IMG/VR virus record: IMGVR_UViG_3300020195_000009
Location: 222,006-286,005 of that record
Strand: one strand, 5' to 3'
DNA: 64,000 nt
Positions 40,331-51,987 of the stretch are shown here, in pieces. The notes under the pieces were generated by a model. That model saw only the letters and a list, made by a program, of their open reading frames with translations. It searched no databases and had not been told where the DNA came from. Made by a program: the position numbers and the translations under genes. Each line of letters begins with the position of its first letter. Position 1 is the stretch's first letter.

Positions 40331-40609
40331 CTAGAGTCGCTCAAACCGGGTCCGAGCCGTATTCAAGATGACGTCCACGGCCTTCTGCACCTCATCAGGG
40401 ATCTGGTACCAGAGGGAATTTCGGAAGTCCCGCCACGAGTGCTCTTCCGACTCGAACCCCTCAAGCGAATTCTCAATGCTTTCACGATACGGCCCTAATA
40501 TCTTGAGAACGAGTTGAATCTTCTCCTCAGGGATCTCACCCAGCAAGCTGTCCCTCACCCACTCATCGAACCCACCCCCGTCGTAACTAGACACAAGGTT
40601 CTCGTTCAA
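40331..40609 (-). CDS. hypothetical protein ending RTRFERL
   Basis: ORF with shared C-terminal motif. Confidence 0.5.
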   Translation of the reverse strand: MNENLVSSYDGGGFDEWVRDSLLGEIPEEKIQLVLKILGPYRESIENSLEGFESEEHSWRDFRNSLWYQIPDEVQKAVDVILNTARTRFERL

Positions 40610-40615
40610 ACCTGG

Positions 40616-40879
40616 TCAAGGGGCCGTCCCTCCAACCCTCAGGCCCCTAGACTCTTCCGGTACAACTTGCCCGGTCTTATGGGGACCGTCAAACATAGGC
40701 TCACGTTTCACCGTTACGAGAGAAGTCTCCTCTCGTAACTCCCTCGCTTGGGCGACCTCAAGGGTCCCCCCTTCCTCAACGAGACCTCCTGGGAATGACC
40801 ACCCCCCGTACCTGCGGTTCCAAACGCAGAGGAGGCGACCGTCTTTGCGTTCGATGTAGGAAACGGCGGACTGCTTCAT
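40616..40879 (-). pseudogene. Nudix hydrolase, C-terminally truncated
   Basis: PGGLVEEGGTLEVAQARELREETSL Nudix box, only 87 aa. Confidence 0.7.
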
Positions 40880-41690
40880 CGAACATCCTTGGGCACGAAC
40901 CCAGCCGCCAGTAGCGCTGTCTCTAGATCGGCGGAGAACTCAGCATCAACCGAACGCCTACGCTGGGCGTACCCCCAAAGCAAGTCTTGAGCGGTTGCGT
41001 CTTTTACGCTCAAGGGAACCTTCCCACGAGGGGTCGTGGGATACTTGTCGGACTGGAATTCGCCGTCGATCAGATGAGCGCCCATCCAAAGGTCTACACC
41101 AAGGCTTTTATCATCGTCACACCACGTCGTCCTGGAGCACACGAGCGAGTCGCCCCCACCTACGCTCCTTCGGAGCGTAACCCACCATCGCCTCAAAAGC
41201 CATAAGATTGTAAGCCTTCCGACACTCGGCTCGGGTGCCATAAGCCCTCCCCAAGCAGATGTCCCTGGCGTCTACCGCAACGAAAGCCAAACCAAGACTC
41301 CTCACCCGGATCCACCGGCTCGACGAGAAGGTAACTGTCGGTCTTCTCGACCACGACCCCATACCAACGGTTCTGGACTTGATTTCCGCTCCATGCCAGA
41401 CGGTCCGCCCCAAACTCCACAGGATCGAAGAGGCTGAGCTGTTCGACCATGTAGAAGCAATCGCCCCGAGCCCTAGGCATCCACCGCCGATCGAGACCCC
41501 CCGGTTTCGTCCCGTCCACGTTGATGACGGCCAGCCAGTTCTTCGCTCTTCGCTCCTCCCACACGGGAACCGAGAGGAGAGCGTTGTTCACACAGGGGAG
41601 CTTCAAGAGCCCCGTCTCTACTTTCAGGGCAGTTTCAGACATGGCTTCTAATCTATACACCAGAGAAAAAACGACCAACCTGCTTTTCTT

Positions 41691-41726
41691 GGTTGATTCG
41701 GAACGAGCCTCGGGTGTTCATGGGAC
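41691..41726 (+). promoter_or_regulatory. class I promoter with no ATG at +1
   Basis: GGTTGATTC-N14-GTGTT-N8-A(41727). Confidence 0.7.
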
Positions 41727-41875
41727 AAGAGCAAGGACGGGAAACCCCGGACGCCGATTGGGACCAACTTGACCGTGGTAGGACCCTTGGGCTGATGCAA
41801 AAGAAACGGCACGTACGCCCTCCGTGGCACCCTGTTCCGTCCAGTACCTCTGCTAGCGAGGTAGTCTGACCGTCC
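41727..41875 (+). ncRNA. candidate small structured RNA
   Basis: GGACGG/CCGTCC closing pair, TACCTC-TGCTAGC-GAGGTA hairpin; converges on a minus-strand gene. Confidence 0.4.
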
Positions 41876-42578
41876 AGGGTAGTCACGGGGGCTCGTGCGT
41901 TTCCATCACCAGGAAGACCGCGTGATCCCCGAGGATCTTCGTGAACCTGTTGGCCGGCTGGATCTGGAGCGGCTTGTTCGACCCCTGGTAAACATGCGGC
42001 CCACCCTCGAAGATGAGGTCGTGGACCCCATCGATTCGCCAGCCGTGAGCCCAAGCTACGATGGTCCCAGCCCTAAGGGCGATGCCTCGTTGCTCTCGGG
42101 GGTAGCTGGGCCACCCCCGAGCCTTGGCGTCCCTATCGAACCCTGAAGCGAGAACCGGCACAAGCTTATCTCCGTGCTGCTCATACCCCAGCAAATCCTC
42201 AGAGATGACGTTCCTGGCAACAGGCTGGCTGCTTGGGGAGAACGTCGTCATCGGGTGGATGGTGACACTCTGAGTCACGGACGGGATGGTGAAGTAATAC
42301 TCTGCCATCGGGCGGGTTATACTGAGCGACCGCCCTTGGCGGCATCCTATGTGGAGACACCGCCAAAAACCCGCGAACTATTTTACAGCTCACGTCGTTT
42401 AGTAGGTCAGTGTAGGACCATCAGAACGCAACCGGCCATGAGACCCGCAGCGACCGAAAGGCCAACCGCCAGGAACCACGGAAGAACCGGAGTCGATCTG
42501 AAGTACACCCAACGGAGCCGAGAAGCTGTAGGCGAGGAGGTCATCAACAGACTTGAGGGCATCAAAGGATTTGAAAGC

Positions 42579-43847
42579 CTACAAGTACCCAGACAGCTCA
42601 AGGTTGTTCAAGGCTGCCCACTCCTTGAGGACTTGGAACTCCCGAGCCGTGGACTTGCGGTTGTACTTCCCTCGAACCTGCACAACTTTGCGGATATCGT
42701 TGCGAAGCTCGATGGTCACCATCTTCATGGGGGTTGAGCCCTCAGGGGACTCAGCGGTCATCGACCAAATGGAAGTCTGCCCTTTCTCCACGGACCACGA
42801 GTACGAGTACACGCAGTGGTTGAGCTTCCGCCCTTCGTCAAGCAACGCCTTGGAGGTGAGAAGCTCCGTCACCCGCCAGGCTTCCGTGATGTAATTTCCG
42901 AAGGTGTCTCGGTACCCCTTCGCCGTTTCAAAGGGACGGAACCCGCTCGGCTTGAAGGGGGTCCCCGTGATGGCCTTCTCCTTGGAGAGGGTTGCGTGCC
43001 ACTCCTCCATACCTCGGATCATGGCGAGGACAGTCCGACCCTTCATCGAGAAGTTGATGTCCTGCCGCTGACGAAAGAGGATGAAGTCCACAAGGGGGCT
43101 CACCTGGTTGGGATCGACCATGAGGTTCTTCCCAAACCATTCCAGGACCGTCATCCAGAAGGCTTCGTTGATCTTCGAGTGGAGGACCCGTCCCGCTTGG
43201 GAGGTCATCCATACGTTGAGGAACCTCTCGGTACCACCGAAAGAGAAGATAGTGATTCGACGGAGAGCCCGAAGGAAGGTCCCATCCGAGGGCGTGCTCA
43301 TGAAGTCGTGGCACATCTTCCTGGTGAACGGGATCTGAAGCAGGCCGTTCTTGACCGCCTCGAAGACGCTGCCACCCCCAGCAACGAACCCCACGAACGG
43401 AGCGAAGGTCGGAGCGTCCCCGTCAAAGAAGGCCGACCACAGGAAGTAGGGCATCGGGTACTTCGCCAACAGGTGCTCACAGAGCCCACGGAAGAGCGTG
43501 TCACGGCCTTTCCCCTTCGGCTTCCAAGAAGCCGGGGATCGAAGGAACGGGAGCTTCGCCACCTCTCGGAAGGCGTTCAACGTGGAGGTCTCTGCCAAAC
43601 GAGGAGCCTTGTCCTGGATGACTTCCAGGATCTCCAAGTAAGCTCGATCCAACCCCGTTGGCTGACCGTCGAAACGAGGACCGTGCTTTTCCACCAAGGT
43701 CTTGGGCTTCTCCGAGAGGGCCTTGCGGACCTTGGCTTCCTTCTCGGCTGCCTCGGCTTCCCGAGCGGCCTGAACCTGTTCACGCTGACGACGAGCTTCC
43801 GCCTTCGCCTTTACGGCCTCTTGGGCCGCACTCAATGGACGACGCAT
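42579..43847 (-). CDS. PcfJ-domain protein
   Basis: EWH, L..EG..LNHCVYSY, TIEL, QVRGKYN. Confidence 0.75.
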   Translation of the reverse strand: MRRPLSAAQEAVKAKAEARRQREQVQAAREAEAAEKEAKVRKALSEKPKTLVEKHGPRFDGQPTGLDRAYLEILEVIQDKAPRLAETSTLNAFREVAKLPFLRSPASWKPKGKGRDTLFRGLCEHLLAKYPMPYFLWSAFFDGDAPTFAPFVGFVAGGGSVFEAVKNGLLQIPFTRKMCHDFMSTPSDGTFLRALRRITIFSFGGTERFLNVWMTSQAGRVLHSKINEAFWMTVLEWFGKNLMVDPNQVSPLVDFILFRQRQDINFSMKGRTVLAMIRGMEEWHATLSKEKAITGTPFKPSGFRPFETAKGYRDTFGNYITEAWRVTELLTSKALLDEGRKLNHCVYSYSWSVEKGQTSIWSMTAESPEGSTPMKMVTIELRNDIRKVVQVRGKYNRKSTAREFQVLKEWAALNNLELSGYL

Positions 43848-43957
43848 GACGCACTACTCCCTAGAATTGCCTACAAAAAGTGGGAAAACCCTAACTCTTT
43901 GTAGTTTCTAGGAGCAGGCCACGCATGGGACTCATCCTATAACACCGGAGCGAAGAG

Positions 43958-44206
43958 TCAACCCTCAGATAGCCGTTCAAACCTAGAACGGCCTTCGTTG
44001 AGGCTCTTGGGGTCGGGGGCCTTCAGGAAGATCCGAAGTGCTTCAACGACTTCCTTGTCGTTCTCGACCAGCCGACCCCTTACGTAGATGTCCCCGTTGG
44101 GTTTGAACCGGAGAACCTCTCCGCTCTTCACGGAGAAGACCATCTCCCCCTCTTCGAGAGAGCCGAGGGTGATGGGCATGTCTTCGAGAGGGCCGAGAGA
44201 ACTCAC
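43958..44206 (-). CDS. hypothetical protein ending RSRFERL
   Basis: EVLRF.PNGDIYV.G; shared motif. Confidence 0.55.
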   Translation of the reverse strand: MSSLGPLEDMPITLGSLEEGEMVFSVKSGEVLRFKPNGDIYVRGRLVENDKEVVEALRIFLKAPDPKSLNEGRSRFERLSEG

Positions 44207-44453
44207 GGGTGAGCCCCGAAGCGGCTCGTGACGAAGGCTTGGATCTCTGCCTCGATGGCTCGGGCCTCATCGTTCAACGGGCTCAGCTCCCCCGTGATGA
44301 AAGGGCCGAAATCTGTGTTGCTTCCGATGGCCCCGAAGATGACCGTACACCTAGGGCAGCAACGCCTCGCATCCGTCACCACCTTTCCCAAGTGGCCGCT
44401 GTAGTCCTCACCGCTGCCTTCAGGGTCGATCTTCACTACAGTGAACTTAGCGC

Positions 44454-45224
44454 TCATTCGTCAAACTCCAGGTTGGCGAGAAGGGTATCAAGGTCCCCAC
44501 CCACAGGAGGAGCCTTCGCCTCTTCCACTTTGACGGGGTCGATCATCGGGACCTCTTCCTCCGGGTCCGTAGGGAGAGCCCAGTTGATAGGCGGGATCCA
44601 AGCCCGTGACAACGCCTTGTTGGCTTGCGAGAAAGGCTTGGACCCAAGGAACCCAGACCCACCCATAGGGGACGGGTGGGAAGCCGCAAGGACCGTGTGC
44701 TTGGCCGTGTTGATGAGACCCCCTTTGTCCTGAGCGTGCTTCCCCCAGAGCAGGAAGACCATCGGGGTCTCCCTCTCACTCAAGACAGAGATGACCCGAT
44801 CGGTGAAGGTCTCCCAGCCGGCCCCCTTGTGGGAGTTGGCTGACTTCTGCCGAGCCGTCAAGACCGTATTGAGCAGGAACACTCCCCGCCTCGCCCACGC
44901 TTTCAGGTGCCCATGAGAAACCTGAGCCAACCCAAGGTCGGCCTCCAACTCCTTGTAGATGTTGACCAAGCTAGGAGGGATCTTCACCCCTGATCTCACG
45001 GAAAACGATAGCCCGTGGGCTTGACCCGACCCATGATAAGGATCCTGTCCGAGAATGACACACTTGACCCGATCGAGCGGGGTCTCCTCGAACGCCGTGA
45101 AAACCTCCCCGTTCGGAGGGTAGACCGGGCCGTCCTCTCGCTCGCTCTTTAGGTAGGCAACAAGATTCACAAAGTAGGGCTTCGTGAACTCGTCCTTCAA
45201 CTGGGCTTGCCATGTCCGGTGCAT
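44454..45224 (-). CDS. ung: uracil-DNA glycosylase family 1
   Basis: GQDPYH, AHGLSFSV, PPSLVNI, LLN, HPSP. Confidence 0.95.
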   Translation of the reverse strand: MHRTWQAQLKDEFTKPYFVNLVAYLKSEREDGPVYPPNGEVFTAFEETPLDRVKCVILGQDPYHGSGQAHGLSFSVRSGVKIPPSLVNIYKELEADLGLAQVSHGHLKAWARRGVFLLNTVLTARQKSANSHKGAGWETFTDRVISVLSERETPMVFLLWGKHAQDKGGLINTAKHTVLAASHPSPMGGSGFLGSKPFSQANKALSRAWIPPINWALPTDPEEEVPMIDPVKVEEAKAPPVGGDLDTLLANLEFDE

Positions 45225-45244
45225 CGCCCGGTGTCTTACACCAA

Positions 45245-45873
45245 GTGACCGATCTTCTCCTAGGGGGCCTGTCGACCGACAAGCCGGGGGAATGGTTCAA
45301 GGTTGGAGCGAAGGTCCTCAGCCTTCTAAACTCTTGGGTCATCGTTCAAATCGATGCTGACTCGTTCCTCGCTGTTATAGAGGGTGTGGATGAATGGACC
45401 CGCAAGCCGTTCGAGCCCATTCGGTTCCAAACGCACGAGCTGTTCTGGTTCACTCCTGTGCCAGACCGCTTTAATCGTGAGATTTCGATTGAAGGCAAGT
45501 AGCCTTCGGTGTCTTAAGGGGTATGGCCGACTGGCACCACGTCTCCCTCATCTGGCGGGGGCGGCCACCGGAAACTTCTCGTATCCAGGAGCTAAACGAA
45601 CTCCTCCATGAGCTAGACTACGATTGCCCCCAGCTCACACAGAAGGGGCTCGACACCGCTCGATGGCGGAGCCCTCTTCTCACTTTATTGGAATTTCTGG
45701 ACTTTCTCGACAACATGGGGCACGCCTGCCAAGGCCGACTCACCCTCAGTTACGAGGATGATGACGACTGGCAGACCCACCAACGTGCATCCTGGACCGA
45801 GTCAACTACCAGAGTTCACGAGAAGTTTGCTCACCTCTTGAAGCCCGTCCCTACAAGGTTCGAGCGTATCTAG
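45245..45873 (+). other. two class II-driven small genes (45245-45502, 45523-45873) ending DRFNRE.. and PTRFERI
   Basis: GTGTC-N9-start codon before each. Confidence 0.55.
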
Positions 45874-46090
45874 GCAAGCGAAACACCGGGCCTTTTCACT
45901 CGGAACATAGTCTCCCCGGTACACCTTCGTGTGACCACACTCCAGGTGGAGCGTCGTGATCGGTACCATCCACCAGGTGAAACCTCGACCCTTCCCGACG
46001 TGATCTTCCTGGGTTCGGACCTTTTGCTTGATTTTCCGCCACGGGCTCATACGAAGCCCTACACCGAAATTTACGAATTTGAAGACTCGT

Positions 46091-46126
46091 AGTTGAATCT
46101 CAGACCCTCTTCCGTGTTCTTCAACC
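46091..46126 (+). promoter_or_regulatory. class I promoter, leaderless
   Basis: AGTTGAATC-N14-GTGTT-N8-ATG(46127). Confidence 0.8.
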
Positions 46127-46495
46127 ATGAGCCTCCAAGATTACTACCAGATGTTCAACTCGGGTTGCTGGGCGACTTCGGATGTCGAGGAGTGCCTCTG
46201 CCACGGTAACGGTTGGGCGCTCTCCGACGTGGACACGTGGCACAAGTGCCCGGTTCATTTCGCCGGCCAGCTTCACCCGGAGGCTGACGAGCGCTTCGAG
46301 GACGAAGCCGACTACCTGTCGGCTGAGGCGGATTCGATGAAGGCCTTCAAGGACTTCCAGGTCGCTCGGGCGGCTCGTTCGTTCTCTGGTTCGTTCGAGG
46401 ACTTCCAGGCCAAGCGCTACTTCGCTTCGGCTCCTACCCTCCCGGCTCCGGTCGAGACCGCCTCGGACGTGGGCGACGACGAGATCCCCTTCTGA
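46127..46495 (+). CDS. hypothetical protein with SSB-like C-terminal tip DDEIPF
   Basis: Ends GDDEIPF; Cys/His cluster. Confidence 0.6.
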   Translation: MSLQDYYQMFNSGCWATSDVEECLCHGNGWALSDVDTWHKCPVHFAGQLHPEADERFEDEADYLSAEADSMKAFKDFQVARAARSFSGSFEDFQAKRYFASAPTLPAPVETASDVGDDEIPF

Positions 46496-48551
46496 TGGCC
46501 ATCTCGTTGCACATCTACCCGATACGAGATGTATTCTCGGAGTCCTTCTACTGTCCGACTCACCTCCATTGTGGTTATGCGTCTCACGAGCTGGCCGAAG
46601 CCATCGAAGCGCTGGGCACCTTACTCAACGTCCGAGGCATCCTCCCCGCTGTGGATACCGGATGCGAAGAGGGTCACGAGGTTCCCTCAAGTGGCTTCTC
46701 GGTCCTTACAGCCGCTCAGCTCCTCCAAGTACCGTGGCAGAAGTTGTCCGAGGATCCTGAAGGCATGATCTCCAAACGAGCAGCGTGGGCCTACCTCGCT
46801 GCTCTCGCCCCTGAGACTCAGATCATCGTCTGGGTCTCTCGGTGACACAACACGAAGGTCACGGTCATCAATGAAGACCCTCGAAAAACTGAGAGCCCGC
46901 TACCGCAAAGCAAGGAAAGAACTAGATGCCGCCAACACGGCCTTGGAAGCTCACCTTCGCCCCTTGGTCGTAGAGGCCATCCAAACCGGGGACTTCGACA
47001 AAGCCTTAGACCTCGCCTTGATGCTTCCTCCTCGATACCATCCGTCAAGCAAAGCTCCTCGCAAACAAGAAACCCATGAAGATCCCCGAAGTCATCGTTC
47101 ACCGGGACACCAACGGAACCACCGTTGACTCCCCCTGCAAATGCTTCGGGAGCCCAACCCGAGCCCACTCCACGACGGAGTGCCCCTGGCTCAAGTTCCG
47201 CACAGAGTTCCCGGAAGGGAGGCGTGTCCAGCTTCACCCAGGAACCGACCAGTGGATGAGGGGGGACCGTTTCGGTACGGTTCGTAAGGTCGACCTCAAG
47301 ACCTTCCTGGTTCACGTAAAAATGGATGTCTCCAAGAAGACCCTCAAGTGCAAGCCCGAGCACATCCTCAAGCGGGACCCCAAGACGGACAACAGGCTGG
47401 AGCCGTGAACCCCGTTGAAACCAGAATAGCTCGTCGAGCCTACGTCGAAAAGGTCGGGTGGGGTCTCACCCAAGAGGGTTGGGACCGCATCGACCGAGCC
47501 ATTGAGGCAATCGACACCTGGGAGGATGAAGATAGGCGAGCTATCGCCGAAATGATCATCGTGGGTCTAGAGATCGGAGCCAACGCAGACAAGGTGGCCA
47601 AAGTCACCGGCCTCAACCGAGACAAGTTCGTCCGCCCCAAAGCCAAACTCCTCCGTGAAAACGAATGTTGGGTCAACGGCAAAACCGCCTTCACCCCAGA
47701 TTCCATGGGCGACGACGAGGCCTCAGCTCTCAACACCGCTACTGAAATCCTGCTCTTCGTCCTAACTGCCGAAGGGCGTATCAAAAGGTCACAGCACCGT
47801 TGGCTGCCTCCAAGCACAAGGGAAGAGACTCTATGAGCCACCTCGAAACTGCCGCCTATGAGGCTATCCAAGCCGCCCTCCTGGATTCAAGCTGCCACCC
47901 AAGGGCCGCTATCCAAGCCGCCCTCCGGGCACTCGTGGAGTTCGCGGAGGGGGAGGACATCCTTCGATCACCCAATCGAGAAGCCACCCTCCAAGACGCA
48001 ATCAGCCACGGCGAATCCCACCACAAGGTCCAGGAATACCGAAAGGCTCTTGAAGAAGGGGCTCTTGAAGACCTGATCGAAATGGTCAAGGCAGCCTGGG
48101 AAGAACGAACGAAGTTAGGACGACTAAACCAATGACCACCAAGTACAACCTCACCGTCACCGAAGAGCAAGCCCGTATCCTCACGGACGCACTTGACCTC
48201 TACAGCCGGATCGGGATCGGCCAGTTCGAGGAGGTTCTTCAAGTCTACGACCGAAACCTAAAACTCGATGAGGAGACACGGGACCGCATCAGGATCGGCC
48301 TCGACATCGCCAAGAGAGAAGCCGGCCACCCTCGCAGCGGCTCTCATGGCATCCACAACGAGAAGGTTGATGACCGTTTCCGAGCCGCCTACGACCTCCA
48401 GCAGGTCGTGAGAAACAGGCTCGCTTGGGACAGAAACCCCAAGGGGGGCATCCAGGTTCAATTCGATGAACCCAGGGCCATCAGTCAGATGAGACTTGCC
48501 ACCATCGAGAAGGTGAAGCCCCCCGTCATCGACGAAGAGTTTCAACCTGAG

Positions 48552-48588
48552 GGTTGAATTCCTGACCCCTCTCCCGTGTTCTAGCCTC
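48552..48588 (+). promoter_or_regulatory. class I promoter, leaderless; supplies upstream stop
   Basis: GGTTGAATT-N15-GTGTT-N8-ATG(48589). Confidence 0.75.
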
Positions 48589-48879
48589 ATGCTCGTTCAC
48601 CTCTCCAAAAAGAAGTCTGTCGAAGTCGCCTCCTTCGCAGCCGCCAGCGCGGAAGTCCGAGCCTATTGGAACGATCGTTCCTCGACCACGTTTTACCGAG
48701 ACCCCAAGGCGGGCATCATCGAGGACAGCGGTAAGCCCGTCGCTCACGTGTCCTACAATGGCCGCGTGTGGGAAGGTACTTCCCGCTTCACTCTCGGTAA
48801 CACCGAGATTCAGCTCTGACTCCCAGCTCTCTAAACCCCAAGACCGACAACCATGATCAAGCCCAACAAGACCTAACCC

Positions 48880-49468
48880 ATGATCGACCTAGCTTACGTT
48901 CAGAAAAGAATGGCGAATTCATCAACGAGACCGCCTACTCGTTCTGGTACGGCTGCCACATGCTCGGGGTCCATACGGTCCCTTATGTCGCCAAAGACGA
49001 AGAAGCACAACCACGATGAAGGAGGTCCGCTACCGCTTGGAAGAGGGCCGGCACATCTTCATCAAGCCGTTGAAAGTTCAAAAGGCCTTCACGGGGTTCG
49101 TCACATCGGGAGAGGTCAAAGACCTCATCAAGACCGCCGGCTTCGAGGACGATTTTGAAATCCTCGCCTCCGATGTCGTCGAATTCATCACTGAGTACCG
49201 GCTCTTCATCCACGACGGCCTCATCATCGGCTGCAAGAACTACCGAGGAGACTTCACCAAACTCCCTGACTTCAAGGTGGCGGAGGACTGCCTCCGGGCC
49301 TTCAAGAATCAACCTGTCGCCTTTTCCCTCGATCTGGGTGTGACGGATCAAGGTCAAACGCTGGTCGTCGAAATCAACGATTTCTACGCTCTAGGGGCTT
49401 ACGGCCTCCCGTCCATCCCCTACGCTCAAGCAGTCATCTCCCGCTGGGAACAGATGGTCGGCCCGTGA
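48880..49468 (+). pseudogene. ATP-grasp (DUF4343/R2K-like) gene broken by frameshift and deletion
   Basis: C-half FIKP..KAFTG..EYRLFI..SLDLGV..LVVEIND; N-terminal pieces in other frames. Confidence 0.65.
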
Positions 49469-49694
49469 GCATAGACCACGAGTGGGTCCTTGAGAGGGTC
49501 GGGGAAGACACTCGGATCTGGCGCTGTACCGTCTGCAAACGAGCGGCTCGCCGCATCCGAGGCATCCTCGAAGACGACGACAAGTGGAACGAAGACGGAC
49601 CCCCATCTACGGAGAAGTTCGGGTTTTGCGACATCGACAAGCGTATCGCACACTTGGAGGCTGAGTTAAAAACCCTCAAAGAAAAGAAGAACCC

Positions 49695-49730
49695 GGTTGA
49701 ATCCTGACGGACCCACCGTGTTCTTCCAAC
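49695..49730 (+). promoter_or_regulatory. class I promoter, leaderless
   Basis: GGTTGAATC-N14-GTGTT-N8-ATG(49731). Confidence 0.8.
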
Positions 49731-50172
49731 ATGAACCCCGCCGACCTCGTCCAGACCCAAGTTCTCCATCTGACCGTCTCCGAAGCTGAGAACCTCCTTC
49801 GTCGGGTCCGCAACTGCCGGACCTTCATAACATATGGGATCGAGGTCTACACGGTGACGGCGTCCAAGCAGGCCGTCATCAACCCGGTGACCGGCGAAGT
49901 GACGGAAGAGGATGGCGTCAACGTCATGGTCCGAGCTGAGACCGACATGCAGGCTGGCATCGGCAAGGGCTTCCTCTTCGCCGTCTACGAAGGGATCGGC
50001 AAGTGAAAGCGATTCACTACGGCGTCCCCGGAACCAAGCAGGACGGAGCGGCCCTCGTCCCCTACTGCGAGAACGGCTACGCCGCCTTCCAGCGGAACGC
50101 CCTCGTCATCATGAACACCATCCCAGCCATGGTCGACTGCAAACACTGCCTCGCCGGCATGAAGAGGGCCGC

Positions 50173-50448
50173 ATGAAATTCAAGACAGGACAGATCGTCG
50201 GTACCCCCGGAGCTACCGAGACCTTCGAGGTCCCCTTCATGGCTCGCTGCCTCGCCCGGCACGTGGAAGGCGATTGGGGTGATGTCGATACCCACGACAA
50301 GGCCGCCAACGAAGACGCCCTCAAAGACGGCTCCCGCCTCATGAGCGTCTACAAATCCGAGGGGAAGACCCTATGGATCATCACCGAGGCCGCCGATGAT
50401 ACCGGGGACCGCTCTGCTACCACTTTCCTCTTGCCGGAAGATTACTGA
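50173..50448 (+). CDS. conserved plasmid/phage-associated protein
   Basis: RH..GDWG..D..AN..AL..G.RL.S.Y..WIITE..RS.TT.LLP.DY. Confidence 0.7.
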   Translation: MKFKTGQIVGTPGATETFEVPFMARCLARHVEGDWGDVDTHDKAANEDALKDGSRLMSVYKSEGKTLWIITEAADDTGDRSATTFLLPEDY

Positions 50449-51247
50449 GCCATGAAGATCGAATTCAAATGCCCCAAGTGTGGAGCACTGCCCAACGAGC
50501 ACGGGAAAGGCGGGGGGCTGAAGTGCAACGAGCGCCGCCACGAGTCCTGCATGGGCTTCATCTGCGACTGCAATGACGATACGGGGGAAACCCACGGTGA
50601 GTCCTTCGAGGACCCGTGCCCCGAGGCCAACTGCTACCACTGTGGATGGGGTGGCGTCTTCCCGGTCAAACCCAAAGGCCTTCAGGCGTGGGAGAAGAAA
50701 GCGCTCGATGCCGGGTGGACCATGTCTGAGACACGCAAGAAGGAGCTTGGGTTATGAAGCGTCCCACAACTAACGGACTCAGCGGTTCACTCGTCACGAC
50801 CCCACGAGCCTCGATGATGATGCAGCTCCTCGGATCTGGAGCTATCCAGGGCTCCGTGGCTCTGACCCGAGACGAGTTCACTGCGGTCAAGAAGCTCTAC
50901 GGTTACAAGGCCGAGAAGCCCAACAAGAAACCGGAGCCCCCCAAGGCTCCCGAGCGCTCCGACTTCGCAGACATCTGGAAGTACGATGAGGCTGTCAAAG
51001 CTCACGAGCGGGCTCTCAAGGCCCACGCCAACTGGAAAGACCCCAAGCCGCTCATGCAAGCGGGGGCTGACCGAAACGCCATCCGTCATGCCGAAGCCGA
51101 CGGACTCCGACTCCTCGCTTGGATCTCCAAGTTCGTTCCGGCCGGAGAGGACCCTATGAGGACCCTCATCCGAGCCACAGCCGATGCCGGCTGGGACGTA
51201 GACCACGAGGACATCGCGTGGGCTGACGACGAAGAGTTGGAGGACGC

Positions 51248-51946
51248 TTGATCCGCTGGCTCATCAACGAGGTCTCCGAGAAGGTCAACCTCCCCAAGGT
51301 CTACCGGGACCTCAAAGCCCTAGGGAAGAAACACGGAAGACGGTTCTTCTGGGTAGCTCTCATCTGGGAGCTTATCGAAGACGTAGTGTTCCCGTTCCTC
51401 TCCTGGCTCCTTGGGGTCCCCGAACTCATCCCCGTCTTCCTTGTCCTTCACTTCGAGCCCATCGTCTACCCGGCGTTCTTCTGGGGTTTCAGGATGTGGG
51501 ACCGAGCCAAGGGCCGAGAACCCTGGGAGCCGGACCGCTCCGCTCAATCGGCTTACTGGAGATCCTTCGCCAAAGTCCTGACCTTCCAACTCGCAGCTTC
51601 AGGTTGGTTGTCTCGGATGATCCTGTGGAAGCCGTTGGTCGTCTTCGCTGTCCTGACCAGCGCCTTCGGTTTCGTTCACGAGCGCATTTGGCATGACGTC
51701 AACTACGGGATTCTTCCTGATGATTCAGTGGCAGCCAAAAGAACCATCGGGAAGACCGGGACCTACCTGCTCGTCTCGACCATGACCCTCTTTCCGCTTC
51801 TACGTGTCTCAGGGGCGGCCCCCATCTGGAAGCCCCTCTTCCTCGTTCAAGGGGTGGCGGGCCTTCTGTACCTCATCCTCGAAGCCGTGTGGGCTAAGTC
51901 CGCCTGGGGTGTCACCCCTTGCGAACCACCTAAGCCGAAGGCTTAA
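51248..51946 (+). CDS. multi-pass membrane protein
   Basis: Several hydrophobic segments; HERIW motif. Confidence 0.6.
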   Translation: MIRWLINEVSEKVNLPKVYRDLKALGKKHGRRFFWVALIWELIEDVVFPFLSWLLGVPELIPVFLVLHFEPIVYPAFFWGFRMWDRAKGREPWEPDRSAQSAYWRSFAKVLTFQLAASGWLSRMILWKPLVVFAVLTSAFGFVHERIWHDVNYGILPDDSVAAKRTIGKTGTYLLVSTMTLFPLLRVSGAAPIWKPLFLVQGVAGLLYLILEAVWAKSAWGVTPCEPPKPKA

Positions 51947-51987
51947 AAATGGGGGTAGGGCCATTTTTACCTTTCGTATGTAGGTGG

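Noticed and set aside
41785-41822. Hammerhead-like CTGATG..GAAAC..GTA
   Set aside because: Core reads CTGATGC rather than CTGANGA, stem II is absent and stems I and III are too weak
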